DNA of 64,000 nt from Alphaproteobacteria bacterium (GTDB taxonomy: Bacteria; Pseudomonadota; Alphaproteobacteria; MPNO01; UBA830): assembly GCA_964291215.2 (NCBI GenBank), contig OZ219791.1, positions 2,944,001-3,008,000 of the forward strand, read 5' to 3'. Shown piece after piece: positions 49,814 to 60,028 of the stretch. The notes beneath the pieces are model-generated. The model did not search any database. It saw nothing but the letters and a program-made list of their open reading frames with translations, and had not been told where the DNA came from. The stretch's first letter is position 1; every line of letters starts with the position of its first letter. The translations under genes and the position numbers were made by a program.

Positions 49814-52629
49814 GTAACTGCTCACCCCCTGGTTCCGGCTTGATGTCGGGGTAGAGTAACGAACGGGTTTTCGTGGAGATTTGACACTGCAGGCCGATTC
49901 GTTTAGTGGTGGTCATCGAGAATGACGGGGACCGCCAGTGGGCTACTTTGGATCGAAGGCGACGAGCGGGCTGTGCCAGCTGCTTCCGGGGCTCCAGCCT
50001 CCGCATGATCTGTATGTGGAAACGCATCTCGGAAGCGGCGCGCTGATGAAGCGCAAGGCCGGGCGGCGGAGTACCGGAAGATGCCGCCGGGCGAGCGCCA
50101 GGCAATGCTCGTGGCGATCATGACCGTCGAGGCCGGGTGATGGCGACGGGCGGCGCGCGAGGAGTTCGAAGCGGCCAGGATCGCGGCGCTGCGTGCGGCC
50201 GGCAAGGTGTCGGAAGAGGCCGTGATCCGCGTCCTCGACATCCTCATCGTCGTCCTTCTGGAGAAGACCACGCGCAAAAACGGACAAGAGCGTGAGGCGT
50301 GCCGGGAGCAACGGCCCGAAGCCGAACCAGCAGACGGGCGACAACCTGCGCAAGACCATCCGTCGAGGAGACGGTCGCGGTCGATACCTGCGACGCCTGC
50401 GGCGCCGACGGCGTCGACCCCGTCGATCGGGAGCGCCGCACGACATCGTGTTCGAGGTCGCGCCGCGTCGACGCCGAGGAATGCCCGAAGTGCAAGGGCC
50501 GGTTCCCCGACAACATCCCGTGCAGTACGGCATCCAGGCCCTCGTCATCAACCTGCTGGTCGCCCAGATGCTGTCCCTGCGCCGTGCCGCTCGTGCAGGC
50601 GATCTCCGGCATCAAGCTCTCCGAGGCCTCGGCTATGGTTTTACGATGCGTCATGGGAGGAGGCCGCCGTGCGCACCTCCTGCAACGCCCGATGTCGACG
50701 ATTTCGGATCAACGGCAAGTGGCTCCATGTCGTCGGGACGTGCAAGTTCCCGCACCGCAAGCGCGGCCGGGAGGCAAGAGATCGGCATCATCCCATGCTA
50801 CAAGGGCGTCCTGGACCTCGTACATGGCAGTGTAGCCACCAGCGGCAGCCACCTGCTGCGCGAACTGACCTTTGTCGTCGAGGCTACCGCGCGACTGATG
50901 AAGAGCCTGCTCCGCGAGGTCTGCCACAAGATCAACAAGAGCGCATCCAGGACCCTGAACGACGCCGTGCGCAAGCGCTACCGCACCATCAGGGCGCCAA
51001 GGAACTGCCCGACATCCCGACGAAAGGAAAACGCATCGCAAACGCGCACAACCTGCACGAACGTCTCGTGAAACACGAAAACCTGCCTTCACAGACGACC
51101 CCGATGTCAGCTTCACCAACAATGCCGGAGAACAGAAGATCAGGATGGCAAAGGTCAAGGTGTCCGGATGCTTCCGCTCCACGCAAAAGCATGGTGCCGG
51201 GGCTCAAGCTACCTCACCTCCATGGCGGCACTCGGCTACAATCATCACGTCGCCACCCAGATCGCCCTCGACGGAAAAGCCGCAGACATCATCAACGAGC
51301 ACTACGACCAATCAGAACCCAACTAGTAGTCCACCGGCATTGTATTGATGGTTTTTGTGGGTAGTATTTTCGTGTCGGCGTTCGTTGGAATCTGGACAGT
51401 GCCGATATCCACACGGGCAGATGCCGAACAGGCAGGCAGCCGCAGCCTCATGCGCAGGTCCGGACAACGGGCATGCCCGCAGGTCTTCGGCGCAATGACA
51501 GGAGCGGCGCATATGGCCAACTCTCGAGGCAGGAAGCTCTACCGCGTGACCCTTTCAGCGCAGGAGCGCCGGGATCTGAAGGCGATCGTCGACGGCACCG
51601 GGGCTGCCTGGCGTCGGCGCCGGGCACAGGTCCTGATGCTGGCTGACGAGGGGGCGCTCGGCTTGTCGATGCCGACATTGCGCAAGGGCTGGGCATCGGC
51701 GACGGTCGAACGCTTGCGCAAGCGCTGCGGGGGCTGGACGCCGCCCTCAGCCGCAAGGAGCAGGTGAACCGTCGGCCGAAACGGCTGGACGGGGCGATGG
51801 AGGCGAAGCTGGTCGCCCTGTTCGTCCCCGCCCGAGGGCTGTGGACGCTGAAGCTGCTCGCCGGCCGTCTGGTGGAGATGGAGATCGTCGAGCGCATTTC
51901 GGAAGAGACGGTCAGGAAGACGCTAAAAAAAGAGATCAAGCCGTGGCTAAAGCATTACTGGTGCATTCCACCGCACCGGAGCGCACAGTTCGTGGCGGCG
52001 ATGGAGGACGTGCTTGACATTTATCAGCGGGACTTTGTCGGGGACGAGGTGCTGGTGTGCATGGATGAAACCAGCCGGCAGCAGACGAAGGAAACCCGCA
52101 TCCCCCGTCTCGTATGGCCCGGTCAGCCGGAGGTGGTCGACTATGAATATAAGCGCAACGGCACGGCCAACCTCTTCATGGCCTTTGCGCCCAACGAGAA
52201 CTGGCGCACGGTGAAAGTCACCGACCGCCGCGGGACTGGGCGCACTTCATCCGGGAGCTTGCCGACGACCATTTCCCCGACAGAAAGATCGTGCTGGACA
52301 ATCTGAACACGCACAGTCGCTGTATGAAGCCTTTGAGCCCGAGGAGGCGAGGCGGGTGCGAAAGCGGTTCGAGTTTCGCTACACGCCCAAGCACGGGAGC
52401 TGGCTCAACATGGCCGAAATCGAGATCGGTGCGCTGTCGCGGCAGTGCCTTCGGCGACGCATTCCCGACCGCGACACCATGCTGCGGGAGACGGCGGCGT
52501 GGGTGGAACGGCGCAATGCGGCCGATGTCACTGTCGACTGGCGTTTCACGACGAAGGATGCCCGGACGAAACTGAAGTCACTATATCCGTCAATTTAATA
52601 ATGTTAGACTACTAGGGGTGAGTAGATAC
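49814..52629 (+). mobile_element. IS66-family element copy 3 (degenerate, methyltransferase fragment) with nested IS630
   Basis: Same IRs as copy 1 (49814 and 52615-52629); colinear with 1571-3187. Confidence 0.88.
51327..52611 (+). mobile_element. IS630-family element copy 2
   Basis: Inserted at the CTAG present once in IS66 copy 1 (CCAACTAGGGGTG) and here on both sides (51323-51326 and 52612-52615). Contains VCMDET, LDNLNTH and SWLNMAEIE. Confidence 0.92.
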
Positions 52630-52735
52630 CTTGCGCGTATGACGCGGCGGCTGGCTGACGACTGGGCCTGCGGCCACCAGGTGATTGTGACGGAGACGTT
52701 CTGCGATCCGGAGCGTTTTGCGGGCACAAGGCGGC
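52630..52735 (+). pseudogene. DUF4338 fragment
   Basis: LARMTRRLADDW...VTETFCDPERFAGT. Confidence 0.55.
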
Positions 52736-53203
52736 GATGTGGCAGCGCTGCCAATTCCACTTGGCACAAAACGCCGTGCAGCACGCACCGAACAACGACA
52801 TCAGGAAACGTATTGGAAAACAGCTCAGAGCTGTCTGGAATGCGTCCTCACTTCAAACCGCCGAGGCTGAACTGGCCGCCCTCGTGGCCAGCTATCGCGA
52901 CAAGCATCCAGGCTTCGCAGACTGGCTGGAAAACAATGCGCCCGAGGGGCTCGCTGTCTTCACCTTGCCCGATGCTCACCACAAGCGTATGCGAACCTCG
53001 AACGGCATCGAGCGACTGATCCAGCAAGAACTCAAGCGGCGCACCTCCAAAGTCAGGGTCTTTCCGAACCTCGCCTCGTTGGATCGCCTCTCAACCGCAG
53101 TCCTCGTCGAGGAAAAATGGGAAACCGAAACCAAGGCATACATCAAATGGGGAACAGCTCGATCAGCTTCACGACAATTTCCAGACATCAGGTTGCGTAA
53201 TCC
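52736..53203 (+). mobile_element. IS256 3' remnant
   Basis: WQRCQFHLAQNA...RTSNGIERLIQQELKRRT; same right end as at 4321. Confidence 0.85.
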
Positions 53204-53272
53204 CCGGCACTGGCCGCATGAGATGAACAAATGGTACTGAGCCTGCAACTGTGCCATACGAAACTCTTACCC

Positions 53273-53506
53273 GGGTCACCACGCGCCTGCGCCAGGCGCG
53301 TTGATCGTCAACCGACAGGACACGCGCCCGACCGCCGAGGTCGCCGAAATCTCCTCGGCGGCTGGTGTCGAACCCGTCGCACGAGGGGCCGCCTCACAAG
53401 CTGACAGAATTCAACAGGATGTAGTGCCATGTTGAAGTCGGCCGACAAAAAATCACGTTATATCAACGCGATAAAAATTCCAAGCCGCAAAAATTACCAA
53501 CTTGGG
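53273..53506 (+). mobile_element. IS1634 right-end remnant
   Basis: Near-identical to 31794-32028. Confidence 0.8.
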
Positions 53507-53618
53507 AAGAGTTTCTTGCGCTCGCATCAATGCCCGCGAGATGGTGTTCTTGGCCGGAACGGTACCTATCAGCGTGGCGGTGCCCGTCCCGCCGGCAAGG
53601 CATCGCGTGATGGAAGAG

Positions 53619-54488
53619 CTAGGTCCTGCAGTCCAGTGCCCACGAGCGTTCCTCGTGGCCCGGATCGAATGAGGAGTTGGTCTGGTCGGGGTTGCGGTTG
53701 ACCAGCGGGCGGGCGAAAAGAGGATGGGTGAGTGACCGAATCTCGTGATCGAGAACGAACAGTTGGCTACCGGTGTCCGGATCTACTATGGCCTCGAAAC
53801 GATACTGGAATTGGTTGCTCTCCTCGGAAATCAGTCCGCGTTCCGTCAGCCTTCCATGGGGGCCGGAAAAATCCGCGATATAGATCTGGACGTGGTGGCC
53901 GTCAAATTCGGGAACGGGCTGTCGCGTTTCGCGGAAGACAAGAGCCTGCCGGTACCCCACCGGCACCCGGGCCTGGCCGTCGGCGAATTCGGCTGGCGCA
54001 CCCATGATCTCGCGGTAGAACCGAGAGATGCCGTCAGCGCAATCGGGCGGGACATCGAACTCGATCTGGACCAGGCCGAGGGCCGTGCGTCCGAACCGCT
54101 CTTGCGGCGTGTGGCATCGGAAACGGTTGCCCCACGGGCACGTGACGTCGACATGGCTGTCGCCCGACACGAAATCGAATGATGATTCGGCGAGCGGCTT
54201 GCGCACTGAATCGAGCCGTCGCTGCAGGTCATCAAGGTCCGGCATTACGAGCCCTATGCGCCCGCGCACGACCTGCGGGTCGCCGGTCGGCAGGTGAAAT
54301 TGCGAGCGGCCGGCATTGATCCACATGTTGGTTATACCCGTCACAAGGTAGGGGTCGCGTGTCAGGCCGAGGCCCGTGACGTAGAACAGCGTCGCCAGCC
54401 GCTGGTCCGGGATGCGGACGTTCACATGTTCCAGCGCGATGATATTGCCGGTGTCTTCGAGTGTGCGGTCGTAACGGTTGGTGGACAT
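53619..54488 (-). CDS. VOC/glyoxalase-fold protein
   Basis: LEHVNVRIPDQRLATLFYVTGLGL, QFHLP, CPWGNRF and GHHVQIY (two VOC repeats). Confidence 0.72.
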   Translation of the reverse strand: MSTNRYDRTLEDTGNIIALEHVNVRIPDQRLATLFYVTGLGLTRDPYLVTGITNMWINAGRSQFHLPTGDPQVVRGRIGLVMPDLDDLQRRLDSVRKPLAESSFDFVSGDSHVDVTCPWGNRFRCHTPQERFGRTALGLVQIEFDVPPDCADGISRFYREIMGAPAEFADGQARVPVGYRQALVFRETRQPVPEFDGHHVQIYIADFSGPHGRLTERGLISEESNQFQYRFEAIVDPDTGSQLFVLDHEIRSLTHPLFARPLVNRNPDQTNSSFDPGHEERSWALDCRT

Positions 54489-54799
54489 CAGATTCTCCGC
54501 CCGCAAATGTTCCGGGCCGCTGCCGGAGCCTTTCGTTGCTCGGGCCTTTTCCGGCGGCGTGTCGCACGGTCGCAGGACGACCGACCGTGACATGAGCAGG
54601 CTTGGACGAACGGTTGCGATTTTCTCTGCCATCGATCCCGCCGGATTATATTGCTGACGGCGGGCGAGGTTCAAGCGGATTTGCCGGGACCGGGCCCGCA
54701 TTCGCGGGCCGATATCCCGGCATCGCCGTTACGGGGCAGCAACACGACGCCATCCGGGACTGGCGCGGCGAATCCGCATCTATCCGCGATGCGGGGCGG

Positions 54800-56128
54800 T
54801 CAATTGGTCATCAGGTTCGGAAGATAGGTTGCAAGCCCGGGAAAGAGGATCAGCAATACGAGGACGATCAGTGCGCAGCCGATATACGGAGCGGCCGCCA
54901 GCGCGACCTGCCATAGCGTGGTGCCACGGGGCGCTACTCCCATCATGACGAACAGCAGGAGGCCGAAGGGTGGCGTAGTCAGGCTGATCTCAAGCGCTAG
55001 CAGCATGACAAGGCCGAACCAGATCAGGTCAAACTGAAGGGTGGTCGCCAGTGGGAAGAAGATCGGTACCGTCAGCAGCATCATCGACACCTGGTCCATG
55101 AACATGCCCAGAACCAGGAGGACGGCGAACATGATCAGCAGCATGACGATGGGTGCGAGTTCGATTGCTGTGGCCCATGCGATCAGGCCGGCGCTGGCAC
55201 CGGTAAATGCCAGGAGCTGGCTGAACGTCGACGATGCGAGAATGATCAGGAGGACCATTCCGGTCACGCGGAGTGATCCGGAGAAGGATTTGACGATGAT
55301 ATCCCATGAGATGACGCGATAAGTGATGGCCAGGACAAGGACGCCGAGCGCCCCGAAGCCCGCAGCTTCCGTCGGGGTGGCGATGCCGAGGATGATCAGT
55401 CCGATGACGCAAAACACGACGAGGCCCATCGGCAGCACGTTGACGACGACCGACAGCAGGATCTCTCCCAGCGAGTGGCCCTCGACCGTGTATGCGGGCG
55501 CGGCGTCGGGATCGATCCGGACCTGGGCGTAGATCAGTATGGAGTAGAGGACCGCAAGCACGAGGCCGGGAAAGACGCCCGCGATCAGCAGCTTGCCGAT
55601 GTCGATTTCGGCGAGGCTCGCAAGCAGCACCGCGAGCGCCGAAGGCGGGATGATCATCGCGAGCCCTCCGGTCCCGAGGATCGGCCCCATCGACATGTGC
55701 TGCTTGTAGCCGCGGTTGGTCATTTCTGGAACCATCATCGAACCCATCATGGCGGTGTTCGCCATGGTCGAGCCGGAAAGGGTGGCGAATATGGTGCCGC
55801 CAGCGACCGTGATGTAGGAGAGTCGGCCGGGCAGCCGTCCGAAACACAGGTCCAAGGTGTCGAAGACCCGTATGGCGAGTCCGGTGTGGAAAAACAGTTC
55901 GCCCATGATGATGAACAGCGGCACCGGAATCAGGGCGAATATGGTGACCGATTCGACCGCGTTGACGACGATCTGCGGCATGGCGTCGAGGCCACCCATG
56001 AAGATCATCGCCCCGACGATGTTTGCGGTGAGGAACGAAAACGCCACCGGGATTCCTAGCAGCATGAAGGCGATGACCATGCCGACCAAGAAGCCGGCGA
56101 TCGAATACCACTCGGTCAACCACTCCAT
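54800..56128 (-). CDS. dctM: TRAP transporter large permease
   Basis: PVPLFIIMGEL, GRLPGRL, SGST and IIPPS, ATPTEA, TTPPFG. Confidence 0.93.
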   Translation of the reverse strand: MEWLTEWYSIAGFLVGMVIAFMLLGIPVAFSFLTANIVGAMIFMGGLDAMPQIVVNAVESVTIFALIPVPLFIIMGELFFHTGLAIRVFDTLDLCFGRLPGRLSYITVAGGTIFATLSGSTMANTAMMGSMMVPEMTNRGYKQHMSMGPILGTGGLAMIIPPSALAVLLASLAEIDIGKLLIAGVFPGLVLAVLYSILIYAQVRIDPDAAPAYTVEGHSLGEILLSVVVNVLPMGLVVFCVIGLIILGIATPTEAAGFGALGVLVLAITYRVISWDIIVKSFSGSLRVTGMVLLIILASSTFSQLLAFTGASAGLIAWATAIELAPIVMLLIMFAVLLVLGMFMDQVSMMLLTVPIFFPLATTLQFDLIWFGLVMLLALEISLTTPPFGLLLFVMMGVAPRGTTLWQVALAAAPYIGCALIVLVLLILFPGLATYLPNLMTN

Positions 56129-56640
56129 CACAGGGATTCCGAAGTTCCGGCCTTGCCGGAATAATAGGAATCGAAACCGAGGAGATAGCGTGCGAATTCG
56201 ATGGCGATCAGGCTGAAGCCGAGCGGAAACGGCAGGAACAATATCCACTTGGGCATGTCGATGGAGCGCAGGTCGAGCTCGCCGCTTGCCATCGCAGCCG
56301 TCATCTCGACGAAACCGTAATAGACGAAGAGAAGGGAGAGGACGATGCACAGCAGGTAGACGACTCTGGCCATGACGCGCCGGACTGCCGGCGGCATGGC
56401 CAGCGTGAGCGATTCGACAACCACGTGGCCCTTGAGCCGTACAAGCCATGGCGCCGCCAGCATGGTTGAGAACAGGAGGCAGTACTCGGCGATTGCGCTG
56501 TACCATTGCAGGGAGTTGAAGCCGGCCGTGCGAATGCCGACATCGGCGATGATGCCGACGAAGATGACGGCGAGCATCAGTCCCGCGATGATCGCGAGCC
56601 CGGTGATCAGGCCGTTATAGGCTCGGACAAGCATGTTCAT
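56128..56640 (-). CDS. dctQ: TRAP transporter small permease
   Basis: 4 TM segments; LAAPWLVRLKGHVVVE. Confidence 0.9.
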   Translation of the reverse strand: MNMLVRAYNGLITGLAIIAGLMLAVIFVGIIADVGIRTAGFNSLQWYSAIAEYCLLFSTMLAAPWLVRLKGHVVVESLTLAMPPAVRRVMARVVYLLCIVLSLLFVYYGFVEMTAAMASGELDLRSIDMPKWILFLPFPLGFSLIAIEFARYLLGFDSYYSGKAGTSESL

Positions 56641-56691
56641 GGGTCGGGAAAGGCCGCAGCCCCGGCACGCCGGGGCCACGGCTTCGACGGC

Positions 56692-57687
56692 CTACTGGCC
56701 GTGATAGAGCCTGCTCAACATCTTGGCTTCTGGAGTATCAACCTTCTTGAGGCGCTCGATCGGCACGGTATTGGCGAGATCGAGGTATTTCTTTGCCGCC
56801 TCGCCGGTCATCGTGATCTCCTGCTGACCGAACTCCTTGGCGAGGATATCGCGTTCCTTGGCGACCAGCGGTTTCCAGTAGTCGTAGGAGATGCGTTCCC
56901 AGTCCTTGCCGGCCTGGATCATGATCTCCTGTCCCTTCCTGCTCAGCTTCTTGAGCGCCTTGTTGGAGATGAAAACGGAGGGTTCTAGCTGGTAGAAGGT
57001 GGGATAGACGCGGTACTTGACGAACTTGGCCCAGCCGAGACCGCGTGTCCACATCTCGGGAAAGGCGAAGCCGTCGACGAGGCCGCGTTCGAGCGCGTTG
57101 TAGATTTCCGGAACCTGGACGGTGATCGTCGTCGCGCCGAGTTCTTTGAGGAAACCGTCATAGACCGGCACCGACCGGATCTTGAAACCCTTCAGGGAAA
57201 TCATGCCGTCTGGCCCCAATTTGGGTTTGTCCCGCAGATAGAGGATGAACGAGACGCTGGTGGCGGTCTGCGCAAGGAGTATGCCGTCAAGCCTCTTGGT
57301 AAGCGCCGCGTCGAGCGCCGCCATCGCGCCGTTCTTGCGAGCGTCCCACGGGCGCAGTTGTGTTGCCGACAGGGCGTCGACCTCCGGCACCACGCCCCGG
57401 TGATAGCTCGCGGCGGTATACATCAGGTCGTAGAGGCCCGACTTGAAGCCCTTGGACTGGGCCGGCGCCTTGGCGATCTCGGGTCCGCCGATGTGGACGA
57501 TCTTGAAGTGGCCCTTGCCGCGCTTGTTGGCTTCTTCGATGAAACGCAGGAAATCGGGCGTCAGCGCGAAGTTCTTTGGCCAGCCGGCTATCCCCTTGAG
57601 CGTGACTTCCGCCGCGCTGGTCACCGGGCCAAACGAAAGCGTTGCCGCAACTGCTGCTGTGGCCGTGAGGGCCAACATCTTCTTCAT
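56692..57687 (-). CDS. dctP: TRAP transporter substrate-binding protein
   Basis: Signal peptide MKKMLALTATAAVAA; LKGFKIRS and EIYNALERGLVDG. Confidence 0.92.
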   Translation of the reverse strand: MKKMLALTATAAVAATLSFGPVTSAAEVTLKGIAGWPKNFALTPDFLRFIEEANKRGKGHFKIVHIGGPEIAKAPAQSKGFKSGLYDLMYTAASYHRGVVPEVDALSATQLRPWDARKNGAMAALDAALTKRLDGILLAQTATSVSFILYLRDKPKLGPDGMISLKGFKIRSVPVYDGFLKELGATTITVQVPEIYNALERGLVDGFAFPEMWTRGLGWAKFVKYRVYPTFYQLEPSVFISNKALKKLSRKGQEIMIQAGKDWERISYDYWKPLVAKERDILAKEFGQQEITMTGEAAKKYLDLANTVPIERLKKVDTPEAKMLSRLYHGQ

Positions 57688-57792
57688 GTGGAAACTCCCT
57701 GAATTGTCTTGATGAGATACAACTGGCTGGAGGCATTGTCTCATCGCTGAGCACAAAGGCAACCCCCGGCCCGTCCCGGCGAGGATATTCTC

Positions 57793-57881
57793 ACGCTAAA
57801 TTCTGTTTGATTTTTCAAGGCAGCATCTGGGTGTTGCGGGGGCGCAGGTTGGTGCGAGGAGATTTTTGACAGTTTTCGCTG
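57793..57881. repeat. About 87-bp repeat, copy 2
   Basis: Direct copy of 48608-48694, ending at the IS30-like scar. Confidence 0.75.
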
Positions 57882-57905
57882 CCCCACTTCCAGTCTGAAG
57901 TGGGG
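57882..57905. mobile_element. 24-bp scar of an IS30-type element
   Basis: 57882-57902 is identical to the reverse complement of 26046-26066; ends in GAAGTGGGG. Confidence 0.6.
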
Positions 57906-58134
57906 TCCATTTATATCGAGTAGAGTTTTGGATACACCTGCCACCGTCGCCAACAGGACCAGTGCGACGAAAAACTGGAATTGCCGATATGGTCCTTGGT
58001 CGTCAGGTTGTGCGATGGGCGTGGCAAGCATCCAGTGAACTTCTTCCAACAATGGCTCAACGCCGACCGCGATTGCCGCGCCGACAGCGCCAGGGAGCGA
58101 ATCCGGGAGTGTGAGTGGAGTGTATGCCATTTCA

Positions 58135-59829
58135 TCATTCCTCAACTGGATTCAATACGCTCGCGATTGCATCCAGTTTCTCCCTCACTTCTGGATGGAT
58201 TTCGTTTTCACTCATAACAGAAGCCAACAAATACAGATCCCGTTTGCGTGTACCTTTTCCGACACGGTCCAGAAGCGGTATCAAGAATTCTTCGCTTGCC
58301 TTTATGCGTGTAAGGGCGACATGGTCTTCAAACCAATCGGTTCCTTGGGGCACCTGCCGCTGAAATGCTTTATCAACTATAAGCTGCATCAATGGGAGGT
58401 GATCGACGAACCGCGCAATACTCTCCGGGTGCAAGAGATAATTTTCAATTTCATAGCGTCGCCATCTCAACACCTCTAATCCAGCTTTCGTCGTTTCCTG
58501 ATCCGGCTGATCGAGATTGTCCCCATCAATCAGACAAAGCCCTCGAATTCGAGGAAATGCCGCTCTCATTGCAAAAAAATGTGTTTTCGCTTCACGTAGA
58601 CTTCGTCCACCAAGCCAGTGAACAAACGGGCGTTTGAAGTACTCGTCAGATTCATGATTGAGAATGTGCGCCCATGCCTTCAGAATTTTCTCATCCGTCT
58701 CTCCCTCCACATAAAGCACCCCTCCGGCGTCTCGACCGAGCAGTAAATCAGTGGTCGTGACGCGCTTGAGAGCCTCCCGGACCTGGTCTCGTTCCGTTTC
58801 GCTCGTCAGTGCACGGGGCGCGTCACCGAAAAAGCCGAGCACGCGTTCCGGTTCCGTCGCATCAAGCACAACCTCGGAATGAGTGGCGATGATCACCTGT
58901 CCCCTTCGCTCGTGTGCAACCCGGCGAATCAGATCGTAGACTTGTCCTTGCAGCATGATATGCTGGTGCGCGTCGGGCTCGTCGAGGAGGATGACCGTGG
59001 CGGGACGCGCATACAGGAAGGCAAGCAGCAGGAGCACCTGAAGCGTTCCACTCCCCGCATTGGAGAGGTCAAGAGGCCTGTTGCTGCGCCCCGTCTTGTG
59101 GCCCAGTTCACGATATTCACACACGATGTACGGCTGAGCGGGGGAGTATACGGGCTTCAGCAACTCCACCTGGAACAAGTCTCGGATCTGCTCTGCCAGA
59201 GCTTCCCAGTCTTCCGTACGGTCACTCTCGGCTATTTCCAGCAGCAGATTCCTGAGAATCTCACCAGGTCGTCCCTGACCGACGAGCAGGTCTTGCATAC
59301 CGCGGTCGCGCCGCGGTTCATCGCGCTCGATCCCCGAGAGTGGCGGCACATGAACAATTTCCAGATCTTTCGCCGCTGCTGGTGGGAAATCCTGGATAGC
59401 TTCCCGATCAAGATCTTTCGCGCCACTGGGTCTGGCGTACACTAGCTCCAGATTAGCGTATTGGAGTTCGATTCCACAGCTCCAGGGCTGGTCATCCTGG
59501 AGACCCTCCACGACAATCTCGATAAGTCGTGGTGTTCCAGACATGCCTTGTGGACCAGCAACCCTCCGGTCTTCCCACAGCAGGTTCATTTCCCGAAGTG
59601 GCACAGCTGTGATGTCGGCGCGTGGTATGGCGACTCCCGTACGCCTGGCTGCCCTGCTTCCCTCTCGTTGGGAAATCCACCGATGCAGGGCCAGCTTCCA
59701 CATTGCGACCATTTGAAGGAGCGTCGATTTTCCGGCATTATTCGGTCCGGCCAGAACAACCGAATCCGACAGATCGAACCTCTGCTCGCGGAAGCATTTG
59801 AAGTTCTTGACTGTGATGCGGTGGATCAT
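58135..59829 (-). CDS. ABC-type ATPase fused to a TOPRIM-like nuclease domain (OLD/PARIS-like)
   Basis: LAGPNNAGKST, AGSG, LLDEPDAH and IATHS; C-terminal LYVEGETD, CLIDGD and RYEIENYL. Confidence 0.85.
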   Translation of the reverse strand: MIHRITVKNFKCFREQRFDLSDSVVLAGPNNAGKSTLLQMVAMWKLALHRWISQREGSRAARRTGVAIPRADITAVPLREMNLLWEDRRVAGPQGMSGTPRLIEIVVEGLQDDQPWSCGIELQYANLELVYARPSGAKDLDREAIQDFPPAAAKDLEIVHVPPLSGIERDEPRRDRGMQDLLVGQGRPGEILRNLLLEIAESDRTEDWEALAEQIRDLFQVELLKPVYSPAQPYIVCEYRELGHKTGRSNRPLDLSNAGSGTLQVLLLLAFLYARPATVILLDEPDAHQHIMLQGQVYDLIRRVAHERRGQVIIATHSEVVLDATEPERVLGFFGDAPRALTSETERDQVREALKRVTTTDLLLGRDAGGVLYVEGETDEKILKAWAHILNHESDEYFKRPFVHWLGGRSLREAKTHFFAMRAAFPRIRGLCLIDGDNLDQPDQETTKAGLEVLRWRRYEIENYLLHPESIARFVDHLPLMQLIVDKAFQRQVPQGTDWFEDHVALTRIKASEEFLIPLLDRVGKGTRKRDLYLLASVMSENEIHPEVREKLDAIASVLNPVEE

Positions 59830-60028
59830 TAGAAAATCCCTGCGAGCAAGGAGTGATCTACAGCAATTGGACGTTGCGCAAACTGCCCTCTGTTCACATG
59901 TGATATCCTGAGGAATCGACTGCGGACGAAACACTCAATATCAGTGCAAGGCTGAAACCACTCATACCTATCATGGTAAGAAAGCTCCAATATCGGTTCT
60001 CTTCTTCTTTCCCGGTCCACGATGTCGG

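Noticed and set aside
57741-58145. Small membrane protein downstream of the ATPase-TOPRIM gene
   Set aside because: A plausible start (58130) and a hydrophobic stretch exist, but the frame runs into the IS scar and repeat and no family is recognisable.
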